Made by a program: the position numbers and the translations under genes. Of a stretch of DNA of 64,000 nt, positions 19,937 through 26,898 are shown one piece after another (the stretch's first letter is position 1; each line of letters begins with the position of its first letter). This DNA is from Terriglobia bacterium (GTDB taxonomy: Bacteria; Acidobacteriota; Terriglobia; Acidiferrales; UBA7541). The notes beneath the pieces are model-generated. The model saw only the letters and a program-made list of their open reading frames with translations, was not told the origin of the DNA and did not search any database. The stretch lies in NCBI GenBank assembly GCA_963695545.1, contig OY968796.1:320001-384000 (forward strand). The letters are read 5' to 3'.

Positions 19937-21168
19937 CGCAGGAACAGGCCGACGATCGAGGCCGACATCAAATTGGCCATGGTGCCCGCGAGCATCGCGC
20001 GAATCCCGAGCCGCGCCAAATCGTTGCGGCGGTTCGGAGCCAGCGCTCCGATGCCCCCGATCTGCATGCCGATCGAGCTGAAATTCGCAAATCCGCACAG
20101 CGCAAACGTGGCAATGGTAAACGAGCGCGGATCGAGCACCGCCTTCATCGGTCCAAGAAATGAGAACGCCACCAGTTCGTTGAGCACCATGCGAATGCCC
20201 AGCAGGTTGCCGATTTTCGTGCAGTCGTGCCAGGGAACGCCGATCACCCAGGCCACCGGCGCAAAGGCCCATCCAAAAATCTGTTGCAGGCTCGAAGGGA
20301 ACCAGCCCACGTGGTGGTACGCGAGCCAGTTGTGCGTGCCGCCCATGATGCCGTTGATCAGCGCGATCAGCGCGAGAAACGCGATGAGCATCGCGCCGAC
20401 GTTGACCGCCAAACTCAATCCATCGGTTGTGCCGCGTGCGATAGCCGCAAGAAAATTGGTGTCTTTTTCCGTCTCGGGCATTTTCACGGTGCCCGCCGTC
20501 CGCGGGACCTCGGTTTCGGGTACGAGCATCTTGGCCATCAGCAGCGTGCCCGGCGCGGTCATGATCACGGCCGTCAGCAAATGCTTGGCGTCCACACCGA
20601 AGGCGATGTACGCCGCCATGATTCCACCGGAGACGTGCGCCATGCCGCTGGTCATTATGGTCATGAGCTCCGACTGTGTGGCATCCGGCAGAAACGGGCG
20701 AATCGTCAGCGGCGCTTCCGTCTGGCCCATGAAAATGCTGGCCGCGACGTTCAGCGATTCCGCGCCGCTCGCTCCCATCACGCGCTGCATCACCCAGGCG
20801 GCGCCCTTGATAACGATTTGCATCACGCCCAGGTAGTAGAGCAGCGCGAAAAACGCCGCGATGAAAATGATCGTAGGAAGCACCTGGAACGCGAAGATCA
20901 GACCGTACGATGAATTTTTCGCGCCCAAAGGTCCGAAAAGGAATTCCGATCCCACGTACGAATACCCCAACAGCTTGATCACTGCGTTGCCCGCTCTCTG
21001 AAACAGAGCTTCCCCGGCGCTAAATCGCAGCACAAAGTAGGCGAAGCTCAATTGCAGGCCCAATCCCCAGAGGATTGTCTTCAACTTAATCGCGCGGCGA
21101 TTTGTGGAGAACAGATAGGCCAGGCCCAGCATCGTCGCCAAGCCGAGTATCCCGGTGTAACGCCCCAT
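19933..21168 (-). CDS. nupC: NupC/CNT family nucleoside transporter
   Basis: FAFQVLPTIIF, IFMGQTEAPL and ALCGFANFSSIG motifs. Confidence 0.93.
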   Translation of the reverse strand: MGRYTGILGLATMLGLAYLFSTNRRAIKLKTILWGLGLQLSFAYFVLRFSAGEALFQRAGNAVIKLLGYSYVGSEFLFGPLGAKNSSYGLIFAFQVLPTIIFIAAFFALLYYLGVMQIVIKGAAWVMQRVMGASGAESLNVAASIFMGQTEAPLTIRPFLPDATQSELMTIMTSGMAHVSGGIMAAYIAFGVDAKHLLTAVIMTAPGTLLMAKMLVPETEVPRTAGTVKMPETEKDTNFLAAIARGTTDGLSLAVNVGAMLIAFLALIALINGIMGGTHNWLAYHHVGWFPSSLQQIFGWAFAPVAWVIGVPWHDCTKIGNLLGIRMVLNELVAFSFLGPMKAVLDPRSFTIATFALCGFANFSSIGMQIGGIGALAPNRRNDLARLGIRAMLAGTMANLMSASIVGLFLR

Positions 21169-21311
21169 CCTGTTCCTCCTTGTGCTCGTGCCTTATGCCC
21201 GTTGCGCCGCGCGACTCGCTTGCGCGGCGTCCGCCACGCCAATTGACAGAGCATTCTAAGCCAAGCATGGCCACTAAACCGTGCAAATGTGCCGAAATTT
21301 CGGCCAGCGAA

Positions 21312-22622
21312 CTAGCCGCCGATCACGCGCCCCACGAGCGGACGGCCCGCGGCCGGCGGCCGCTGCGAAATGATGTATGCGGTTTCGACCAGGCGCCGCG
21401 CCTCGTCGAGTCGCGCGTCGGAGTTGTAATGCAGCGTGCAGAGCGGTTCGCCGCGCGCGACGCGATCGCCATTCCTCTTGTGAAACACCAGGCCCACCGC
21501 CGGATCCACCGAATCTTCTTTCTTCTCGCGCCCGCCACCGAGCACCACGACCGCGACGCCCAACTGCTCGCACTGCGTCGCTGCGACGTAGCCGTCGGCC
21601 GCGGCCACAACATCGAGCGTGTGTGCCGCCGGCCGCAGCAGCTTCGGATCGTCCACCACGCGCGCGTCGCCTCCCTGCTGCCGCACGATCTCGCGAAATT
21701 TTTCGCGCGCGCGGCCCGACGCGATCAACTCGGCCGCCACGCCCTTGCCTTCCTCCACGTTCTTCACCCGCTCGCCGAAAAGCAGCATCCACGCCGCGAG
21801 CGCCAAACACAATTCGCGCAAATCCGCCGGGCCGCCGCCCGCGAGCACTTCGATCGATTCCTGCACTTCCATCGCATTCCCGGCAGTGCGTCCCAGCGGC
21901 TGATCCATGTCCGTGAGCAGCGCGACCACCTGCTTGCCCATGCGGCGCCCGGTCTCGACCATCAATTCGGCAAGCAGCGTGGCATCCGCCTCAGTTTTCA
22001 AAAACGCGCCCGAGCCGACTTTGACATCGAGAACCAGCGCGTCGATTCCTTCCGCCAATTTCTTGCTCATGATCGAAGCGCAGATCAGCGAGCGGCTCTC
22101 AACCGTCCCCGTGACGTCGCGCAGCGCGTACATCTTCTTATCCGCCGGCGCGATCTCCGCCGTCTGACCGATCAGCGCGCAGCCCACGGTCTCCAGCGCG
22201 TGCCGAAATTCCGCGAGCGACAAATTCACGCTGAAGCCCGGAATCGATTCGAGCTTGTCGAGCGTGCCGCCCGTATGCCCCAATCCTCGCCCGCTGATCA
22301 TCGGCACGCGCACTCCGGCCGCGGCCACAATCGGCGCAATGATCAGCGAAGTCTTGTCGCCTACGCCGCCGGTTGAATGCTTGTCCACTTTTCGTCCGGG
22401 CATATCGGAAAAATCGAGCACCTTGCCCGAATGCAGCATCGCGTCGGTCAGCGCGGCGGTTTCCGCGCCATTCAATCCGCGCAGAAACGCAGCCATCAGC
22501 CACGCCGACATTTGATAATCGGGAATGTCCCCGCGCGTATAACCAGTGATCAGGAATCGGATTTCTTCAGGCGTGAGTTCGGCGGCGTCGCGTTTCCGGC
22601 GAATCAAATCAACGACGCGCAT
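21312..22622 (-). CDS. pdp: Pyrimidine-nucleoside / thymidine phosphorylase
   Basis: DKHSTGGVGDK, SGRGLGHTGGTLDKLESIPG and SIMSKKLAEG motifs. Confidence 0.95.
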   Translation of the reverse strand: MRVVDLIRRKRDAAELTPEEIRFLITGYTRGDIPDYQMSAWLMAAFLRGLNGAETAALTDAMLHSGKVLDFSDMPGRKVDKHSTGGVGDKTSLIIAPIVAAAGVRVPMISGRGLGHTGGTLDKLESIPGFSVNLSLAEFRHALETVGCALIGQTAEIAPADKKMYALRDVTGTVESRSLICASIMSKKLAEGIDALVLDVKVGSGAFLKTEADATLLAELMVETGRRMGKQVVALLTDMDQPLGRTAGNAMEVQESIEVLAGGGPADLRELCLALAAWMLLFGERVKNVEEGKGVAAELIASGRAREKFREIVRQQGGDARVVDDPKLLRPAAHTLDVVAAADGYVAATQCEQLGVAVVVLGGGREKKEDSVDPAVGLVFHKRNGDRVARGEPLCTLHYNSDARLDEARRLVETAYIISQRPPAAGRPLVGRVIGG

Positions 22623-22798
22623 GATTGGCAGCCTAGCATCCGCCGATAAACCGCGTCAACGAAACCATGCGGGCCGGTTGACCCAAAACCAATCGCGCCG
22701 AACGCGATTCGGGAACCAGACGGCCGCCACTCGCCGCCGAAATTGGGTAGGGAAAAAAAGGATTTTCTTCGCGGCCCAAATAAATTACTATCTCTCTT

Positions 22799-23104
22799 AT
22801 GCCAAGAATGAATAAACCCGCGATAGCCGACGTGATGCCCAAGACCGAAAAGAGGGGCGCCGCGGAAGCCGCGCTTGCCGCGGGCATGGCGCCCGCTGAG
22901 GTTTTCACCGCCGTCGTGCAGGATTATTACGGGGTCGCTGAGCGCAGAGGTCTTGTGGTGCACTGGGGCAGAATCATGCACGTTCCGCCTAGCGCCGCTT
23001 TGCGGATCGCGCAGGACGCGGACTTGATTCCGCCGACCCGCCTGACGCCTGCGCGGCCTCAGGAAAAGCCTCCGCATAAAAGCGTGCCAGAAACTTCCGA
23101 ATAA
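22799..23104 (+). CDS. Hypothetical protein (uncertain)
   Basis: 101-aa ORF preceded by TACTAT 7 nt upstream (leaderless-like); no recognised motif; overlaps a convergent ORF. Confidence 0.3.
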   Translation: MPRMNKPAIADVMPKTEKRGAAEAALAAGMAPAEVFTAVVQDYYGVAERRGLVVHWGRIMHVPPSAALRIAQDADLIPPTRLTPARPQEKPPHKSVPETSE

Positions 23105-23210
23105 ACCTCCCGCCACGCGGCGTAAGGCTGCGGATCGTCTCCACTCTCTTTTTAGCGGTCATCGCTGCGTATTTTGCGCGAATGGCGTTTACCAGATGCT
23201 TTTCAGCCAA
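22989..23210 (-). CDS. Small basic hypothetical protein (uncertain)
   Basis: GGAGG RBS with TTG start; amphipathic helical-looking 73 aa. Confidence 0.4.
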   Translation of the reverse strand: MAEKHLVNAIRAKYAAMTAKKRVETIRSLTPRGGRFIRKFLARFYAEAFPEAAQASGGSAESSPRPARSAKRR

Positions 23211-23360
23211 TTGAGTTCACCCCTCCCGAGCGCTCTCTTCAGCGCATGATAGACACCCTCCGCCGCCAGCGTCAATGGGAGAAGAGGCGGCCACAGTCCT
23301 GTTTTCGAACGACCCTATTTGACCGCTTCTATTCGAATACCCAATCAGTTTATATTTACA

Positions 23361-23396
23361 AATCGTAATTGACAATCGTAATTGCCATGCTATAAT
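23361..23396 (+). promoter_or_regulatory. Consensus sigma70 promoter TTGACA-16-TATAAT (extended -10) with AATCGTAATTG direct repeat
   Basis: TTGACA at 23369-23374, TGC-TATAAT at 23388-23396; 11-bp direct repeats at 23361 and 23374. Confidence 0.75.
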
Positions 23397-23503
23397 GTGT
23401 TCCTATCGTCGGAGCGCTTCGTGCCTCCAGGCGGAACGCAATACCTCGCCGCAGTCGCTTCAAATCCCTCGCCAAATCCTCTCGCGTCGCCGAAAAAACG
23501 CCC

Positions 23504-23585
23504 TAACCCTTCTAGAATGACCAGTTCTGAGAAATCGCATTTTAACCTCTCTAGAATCAACACTTCTGGCGCAAAGGACTTAAAG
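23504..23585 (+). repeat. Left part of a 39-bp-period degenerate repeat array interrupted by the IS
   Basis: AACCCTTCTAGAATGACCAGTTCTG and AACCTCTCTAGAATCAACACTTCTG; the third unit continues at 26842. Confidence 0.7.
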
Positions 23586-23646
23586 GGCGATTATGTACTT
23601 GACAAAGTAACGCGATTCAGGTAGTCTCTGTGTCAGTGAGGCTGCC

Positions 23647-24630
23647 ATGAACCTGATAGACGTAACCCGAAAGTTCGCCACGAAAGAAGCCTGCAACGAA
23701 TACCTAGCCGCGATGCGCTGGCCGAATGGCGTCACATGCACTCATTGCGGCGTTGTCGGCGACGATCAATTCCGCTCGTTCACCACGCGCGAGACTGAGC
23801 GCAAGCGGTACAGCAAGCGCAAGAAGGCTGTTGTTACGGTCAAGGTTCCGTCGCGCAGCCTGTACGAGTGCAAGGGCTGCGGCTATCAATTCAGCGCGAC
23901 CACGGGCACGGTGTTCCATGATTCGCACTTGCCGCTGGAAAAGTGGTTCATGGCGATTGCGTTGATTCTGGAAGCGAAGAAAGGAATCAGCGCATTGCAG
24001 GTCTGCCGCAATCTTGGAATCCCTGAGAGTAGCTACCGGACGGTCTGGTATCTCTGCCATCGCATCCGTGAAGCCACGCAAGAGACCGGCCTGCTATCCG
24101 GCATCGTTGAGACCGACGAGACCTACCTGACACCGAAGAAGCCGCGCAAGGGAGCGCCGAAAGTGAAGAAAGAAAAACGCGACGTGGTACTTGGCATGAT
24201 CGAGCGCGGCGGCAGGCTGCGAATGGTTCCGATGCGCGACGCGAAGATGGAGATAATCGAACCCATCCTTGCGAAGCACATCGCGCCCGACGCCACGCTA
24301 CAAACTGACGAACACCCGACCTACGCGATAATCGGGAAGCGCCGTTTTCCCGGCAGGCATCGCGCGATCAACCACAGCCAGTCCTACGGGATTGGCGACA
24401 ACACAACCAACTCGATTGAGAATGCGTTCTCGCTGTTAAAGCGCGGCGTCTATGGGACGTTCCACAAGGTCTCGATAAAGCACCTTGGCCGCTATTGCAA
24501 CGAGTTTTCCTACAGGTTCAATCGGCGCGGGAATCAGTCGGAGATGTTCGGCGAGACCGTGAAGGGATTGCTAAACAACGGGCCGCTGCCGCTCAAGAAG
24601 CTGACTGCTTCCGAAACATCGGAGACTTAG
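23647..24630 (+). CDS. IS1595 family transposase
   Basis: RWPNG..CTHC...CKGC zinc ribbon, IVETDETY / LQTDE / TNSIE catalytic motifs, YCNEFSYRFNRR; promoter TTGACA-17-TAGTCT partly inside TIR-L. Confidence 0.95.
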   Translation: MNLIDVTRKFATKEACNEYLAAMRWPNGVTCTHCGVVGDDQFRSFTTRETERKRYSKRKKAVVTVKVPSRSLYECKGCGYQFSATTGTVFHDSHLPLEKWFMAIALILEAKKGISALQVCRNLGIPESSYRTVWYLCHRIREATQETGLLSGIVETDETYLTPKKPRKGAPKVKKEKRDVVLGMIERGGRLRMVPMRDAKMEIIEPILAKHIAPDATLQTDEHPTYAIIGKRRFPGRHRAINHSQSYGIGDNTTNSIENAFSLLKRGVYGTFHKVSIKHLGRYCNEFSYRFNRRGNQSEMFGETVKGLLNNGPLPLKKLTASETSET

Positions 24631-24742
24631 AACCGCGCTTTCCAGAAGTTTTTATCTCGCTCTGTGGCTTTGGCTTTGAGCCGAGCAATGCGGAGAGTAC
24701 CGCGTCGAACTTCTTCTTCTCGACAAGTACCCTTTTCTTCAT
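24593..24742 (-). CDS. 49-aa basic protein convergent with, and overlapping, the transposase 3' end
   Basis: MKKRVLVEKKKFDAVLSALLGSKPKPQSEIKTSGKRGSKSPMFRKQSAS; extended -10 TGCTACGAT 6 nt before ATG (leaderless). Confidence 0.6.
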   Translation of the reverse strand: MKKRVLVEKKKFDAVLSALLGSKPKPQSEIKTSGKRGSKSPMFRKQSAS

Positions 24743-24768
24743 GGGTGAATCGTAGCATAATTGCTTAG

Positions 24769-24860
24769 CGGGGCCGGAAGGATTCGGACCTTCGGAACGT
24801 GCCTTAACACGTTTCGCCCGATTATAAGTCGGGTGCTTTAAACCACTCAGCCACGGCCCC
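24769..24860 (-). tRNA. Atypical class II tRNA: Ser-type body with UAU (Ile/AUA) anticodon, no encoded CCA
   Basis: Acceptor GGGGCCG/CGGCCCC, G73; D-arm GCTGAGTGGTTTAAAGC; anticodon arm CCCGA-CTTATAA-TCGGG; V-arm AACGTGT-TAAG-GCACGTT; T-arm GAAGG-TCCGAAT-CCTTC. Confidence 0.85.
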
Positions 24861-24869
24861 GCTAAGCAA

Positions 24870-24974
24870 TCAAGTGCGCCCGCCCCGGTAAGGAAACGGG
24901 CGCACCTTTGAAAAGTCTAAGTTGAAAACTGGTGGCGGTCGTGCTATAAAGGAGACCAACCGTAGGCGCATCAT
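24870..24974 (-). CDS. Putative 34-aa leader peptide directly upstream of the tRNA(UAU)
   Basis: AAAGGAGG RBS; MMRLRLVSFIARPPPVFNLDFSKVRPFPYRGGRT; Ile10 is encoded by ATA; the stop abuts the tRNA precursor stem. Confidence 0.5.
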   Translation of the reverse strand: MMRLRLVSFIARPPPVFNLDFSKVRPFPYRGGRT

Positions 24975-25021
24975 CGCGCCTCCTTTCGTGAACATCGACA
25001 GTCGCTAAGGGATAGGTTCTA

Positions 25022-25053
25022 GGGGTAAGAGAGGTTACAGCCTCTCTTACCCC
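25022..25053. other. Strong hairpin between the 138-aa ORF and the leader ORF
   Basis: GGGGTAAGAGAGG-TTACAG-CCTCTCTTACCCC, 13-bp perfect stem without a clear U-tract. Confidence 0.6.
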
Positions 25054-25068
25054 GCTTCTACTTATGGT

Positions 25069-25485
25069 TCATTTAGTCCGTTTCCCCACAAACCCTACAG
25101 CAAGAAGGGGCTGTTTGTTTGCTTGAAGGTGCTCTTCGGGTATTTCGGCAACAAACATGGATTCCGATTCGTCCCACTTAGCAGGATACGATCGAGACTC
25201 AGACCGGTCATAGCCGATGTAGTCCATGAAAGTCTTGGCTGAAAATCCAGCACCGTTTCCCTTCTTCCCGTATGCCAAGGCATAAGCGCGGGAGTCTTTC
25301 TTACTGATCGGGCGAACTCCCAACTGATGCTTGGCTGCATCCCACATCAGCAGAACATACTCAACGGCGTCCTTTTCGAGGATTGCCGTGGCAGATTTGT
25401 TGAATGCTAGACGGCCTAGCTTGTTAAAGGTAACATTAGGGCTGCCACTCCGACGTACTCTGCGCGTGAAAATCTCCCAACTCAT
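25069..25485 (-). CDS. Hypothetical 138-aa protein (IS passenger)
   Basis: AGGAGG RBS; upstream TTGACA-19-TATAAT with extended -10 (25554-25524); globular beta-rich composition. Confidence 0.8.
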   Translation of the reverse strand: MSWEIFTRRVRRSGSPNVTFNKLGRLAFNKSATAILEKDAVEYVLLMWDAAKHQLGVRPISKKDSRAYALAYGKKGNGAGFSAKTFMDYIGYDRSESRSYPAKWDESESMFVAEIPEEHLQANKQPLLAVGFVGKRTK

Positions 25486-25743
25486 CGCATTTCCCTCCTA
25501 TTCGAGAAGCATCGACAGAACAGATTATACCATACGTTACATGAGAATTGTCAATAGCAAACTTCAGAAACTCCCATTGTTTCCGGTAGCCTCAGAATAC
25601 TGCAAGCCTATCTCGCGTGTCCCTTGGTACGCGGTGAGTTTGACTTGGGAATAGTATGCCGGATACTTTCGTCTTGAAATACATTGCCGCAATCTTTTAT
25701 ATTGCGTTAGTGTAGCTATCGTAATCTGCTGATGAGAAACAAG

Positions 25744-25772
25744 TTGACTGGTTTATCTCGAATGCCTAGTAT
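25744..25772 (+). promoter_or_regulatory. Sigma70 promoter TTGACT-17-TAGTAT for the small RNA / DUF3800 transcript
   Basis: -35 at 25744-25749, -10 at 25767-25772; predicted TSS ~25779 coincides with the first base of the RNA closing stem. Confidence 0.7.
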
Positions 25773-25778
25773 ATCTGT

Positions 25779-25846
25779 GCGACTGGGCCGAGACGCTACG
25801 CGACTCTTGCAGGGCCGAACGGCCCCGCCCCAGACGCTTTTTTTTT
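25779..25846 (+). ncRNA. Candidate DUF3800-associated structured RNA (three-way junction plus U9 tract)
   Basis: Closing stem GCG-A-CTGGG/CCCAG-A-CGC; hairpins GAG-A-CGC-TAC-GCG-A-CTC and GGGCC-GAAC-GGCCC; followed by T9. Confidence 0.6.
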
Positions 25847-25888
25847 CTCGGTCAATTGCTTCCCTCGAAGAAAGCCTGAAATCCGTAA

Positions 25889-26773
25889 ATGCACCTTTGC
25901 TACATAGATGAAAGTGGCGTGCCTGAACTAAATCAAGGGACGAGTCATTTTGTGCTGCTCGGTCTATCTATCGAGGCGTGGGATTGGAGGGGTCAAGATC
26001 GCGCGGTTTCGGTCGTTAAGCGAAAGTTTGGGCTGTACGGCGCAGAGATTCATACCGGATGGATGACTAGGCGTTATCTTGAGCAGGAGAGAATCCCAAA
26101 TTTTCAATCGCTGGATCGAACTGCTCGCCAAACACAGGTAAGAAAAGAACGGGACGCGCAACTCATCAAAGAGGATGCTCTTAAGGGAAGCAAGGCCGCC
26201 AGAGAACTGCGGAAGAGCTACCGCAAGTCAGATACCTATATTCATTTGACCCTAGGGGAACGAAGGAATTGCCTACGGGAGCTTGCTGATTTGATTGGTG
26301 GGTGGGGAAACGCGCGACTTTTCTGTCATGCAATTGATAAACGCGCCTTTGGGTCAACGCCGCCTGCTAACCCACCACGAGAAGAAGCGTTCACCCACGT
26401 AGTCAGTCGCTTTGAGCGATACCTTTCGGATATAGGAGACCCGCGAACGATCGGACTCCTTGCTCATGACCATGACGATACGTCCGCAGACAGAATGACC
26501 CAATTGATGCGCCAGTTTCATTCGAGCGGAACAATGTGGACTGCCATCACAAGAATTATCGAAACCCCGTTTTTCGTGGACAGTAAATTGACGGTTGGCG
26601 TTCAGTTGGCGGACTTGTGTGCGTATGCTACTCGCCGCTACTGCGAGAAGGGCGAGACCGATTTATTTGATAGAATTTGGCCCCGATTTAACAGGGTTGG
26701 AACGAGGGTAGTCGGGTTGCGCCATTACGTCGGGGCTCGAAACTGCACCTGCCGGATTTGTACTTCACATTAG
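25889..26773 (+). CDS. DUF3800 domain protein
   Basis: N-terminal YIDESG, EIH motif and C-terminal FVDS...VQLADLCAY, the typical DUF3800 signature. Confidence 0.88.
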   Translation: MHLCYIDESGVPELNQGTSHFVLLGLSIEAWDWRGQDRAVSVVKRKFGLYGAEIHTGWMTRRYLEQERIPNFQSLDRTARQTQVRKERDAQLIKEDALKGSKAARELRKSYRKSDTYIHLTLGERRNCLRELADLIGGWGNARLFCHAIDKRAFGSTPPANPPREEAFTHVVSRFERYLSDIGDPRTIGLLAHDHDDTSADRMTQLMRQFHSSGTMWTAITRIIETPFFVDSKLTVGVQLADLCAYATRRYCEKGETDLFDRIWPRFNRVGTRVVGLRHYVGARNCTCRICTSH

Positions 26774-26841
26774 AAATACCGCCTGCCTGTCACGCCTCAA
26801 TCCTGCCGTTTGGCCGCTACTTTGTCAAATCCATATTCGCC

Positions 26842-26894
26842 CTTAAAGTCATTCAGAATCAGCACTTCTGAAAAACACCCGGGGGGGAGGGGGG
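26842..26894 (+). repeat. Right part of the interrupted repeat array (third unit plus AAAAACACCCGGGGGGGAGGGGGG tail)
   Basis: AAGTCATTCAGAATCAGCACTTCTG restores the 39-bp period when the IS and one TSD copy are removed. Confidence 0.7.
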
Positions 26895-26898
26895 CGCC

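Larger units (their letters stand above)
23586..26841 (+). mobile_element. IS1595-family transporter IS (3,256 bp) with passenger genes
   Basis: TIR-L GGCGATTATGTACTTGACAAAGTA (23586-23609) and TIR-R (26818-26841) match at 21/24; flanking direct repeat CTTAAAG (23579-23585, 26842-26848); IS1595 transposase; lower-GC cargo. Confidence 0.93.

Noticed and set aside
23504..23585. Possible CRISPR array
   Set aside because: Only three degenerate units with ~14-17-nt intervening sequence; no cas genes in the window.
23382..23624. 80-aa ORF (and 26810-27175) spanning the IS ends
   Set aside because: The first starts inside the promoter and both cross the TIR junctions; they are products of repeat and TIR sequence.
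24495..24755. 86-aa plus-strand ORF as a transposase frameshift extension
   Set aside because: The transposase is complete with its own stop; the minus-strand 49-aa ORF has better expression signals.
24769..24860. tRNA-Sec or 8/4, 9/3 allo-tRNA interpretation
   Set aside because: The anticodon is UAU, not UCA, and the stems fold as 7-bp acceptor/5-bp T-stem; U8 cannot pair with C65.
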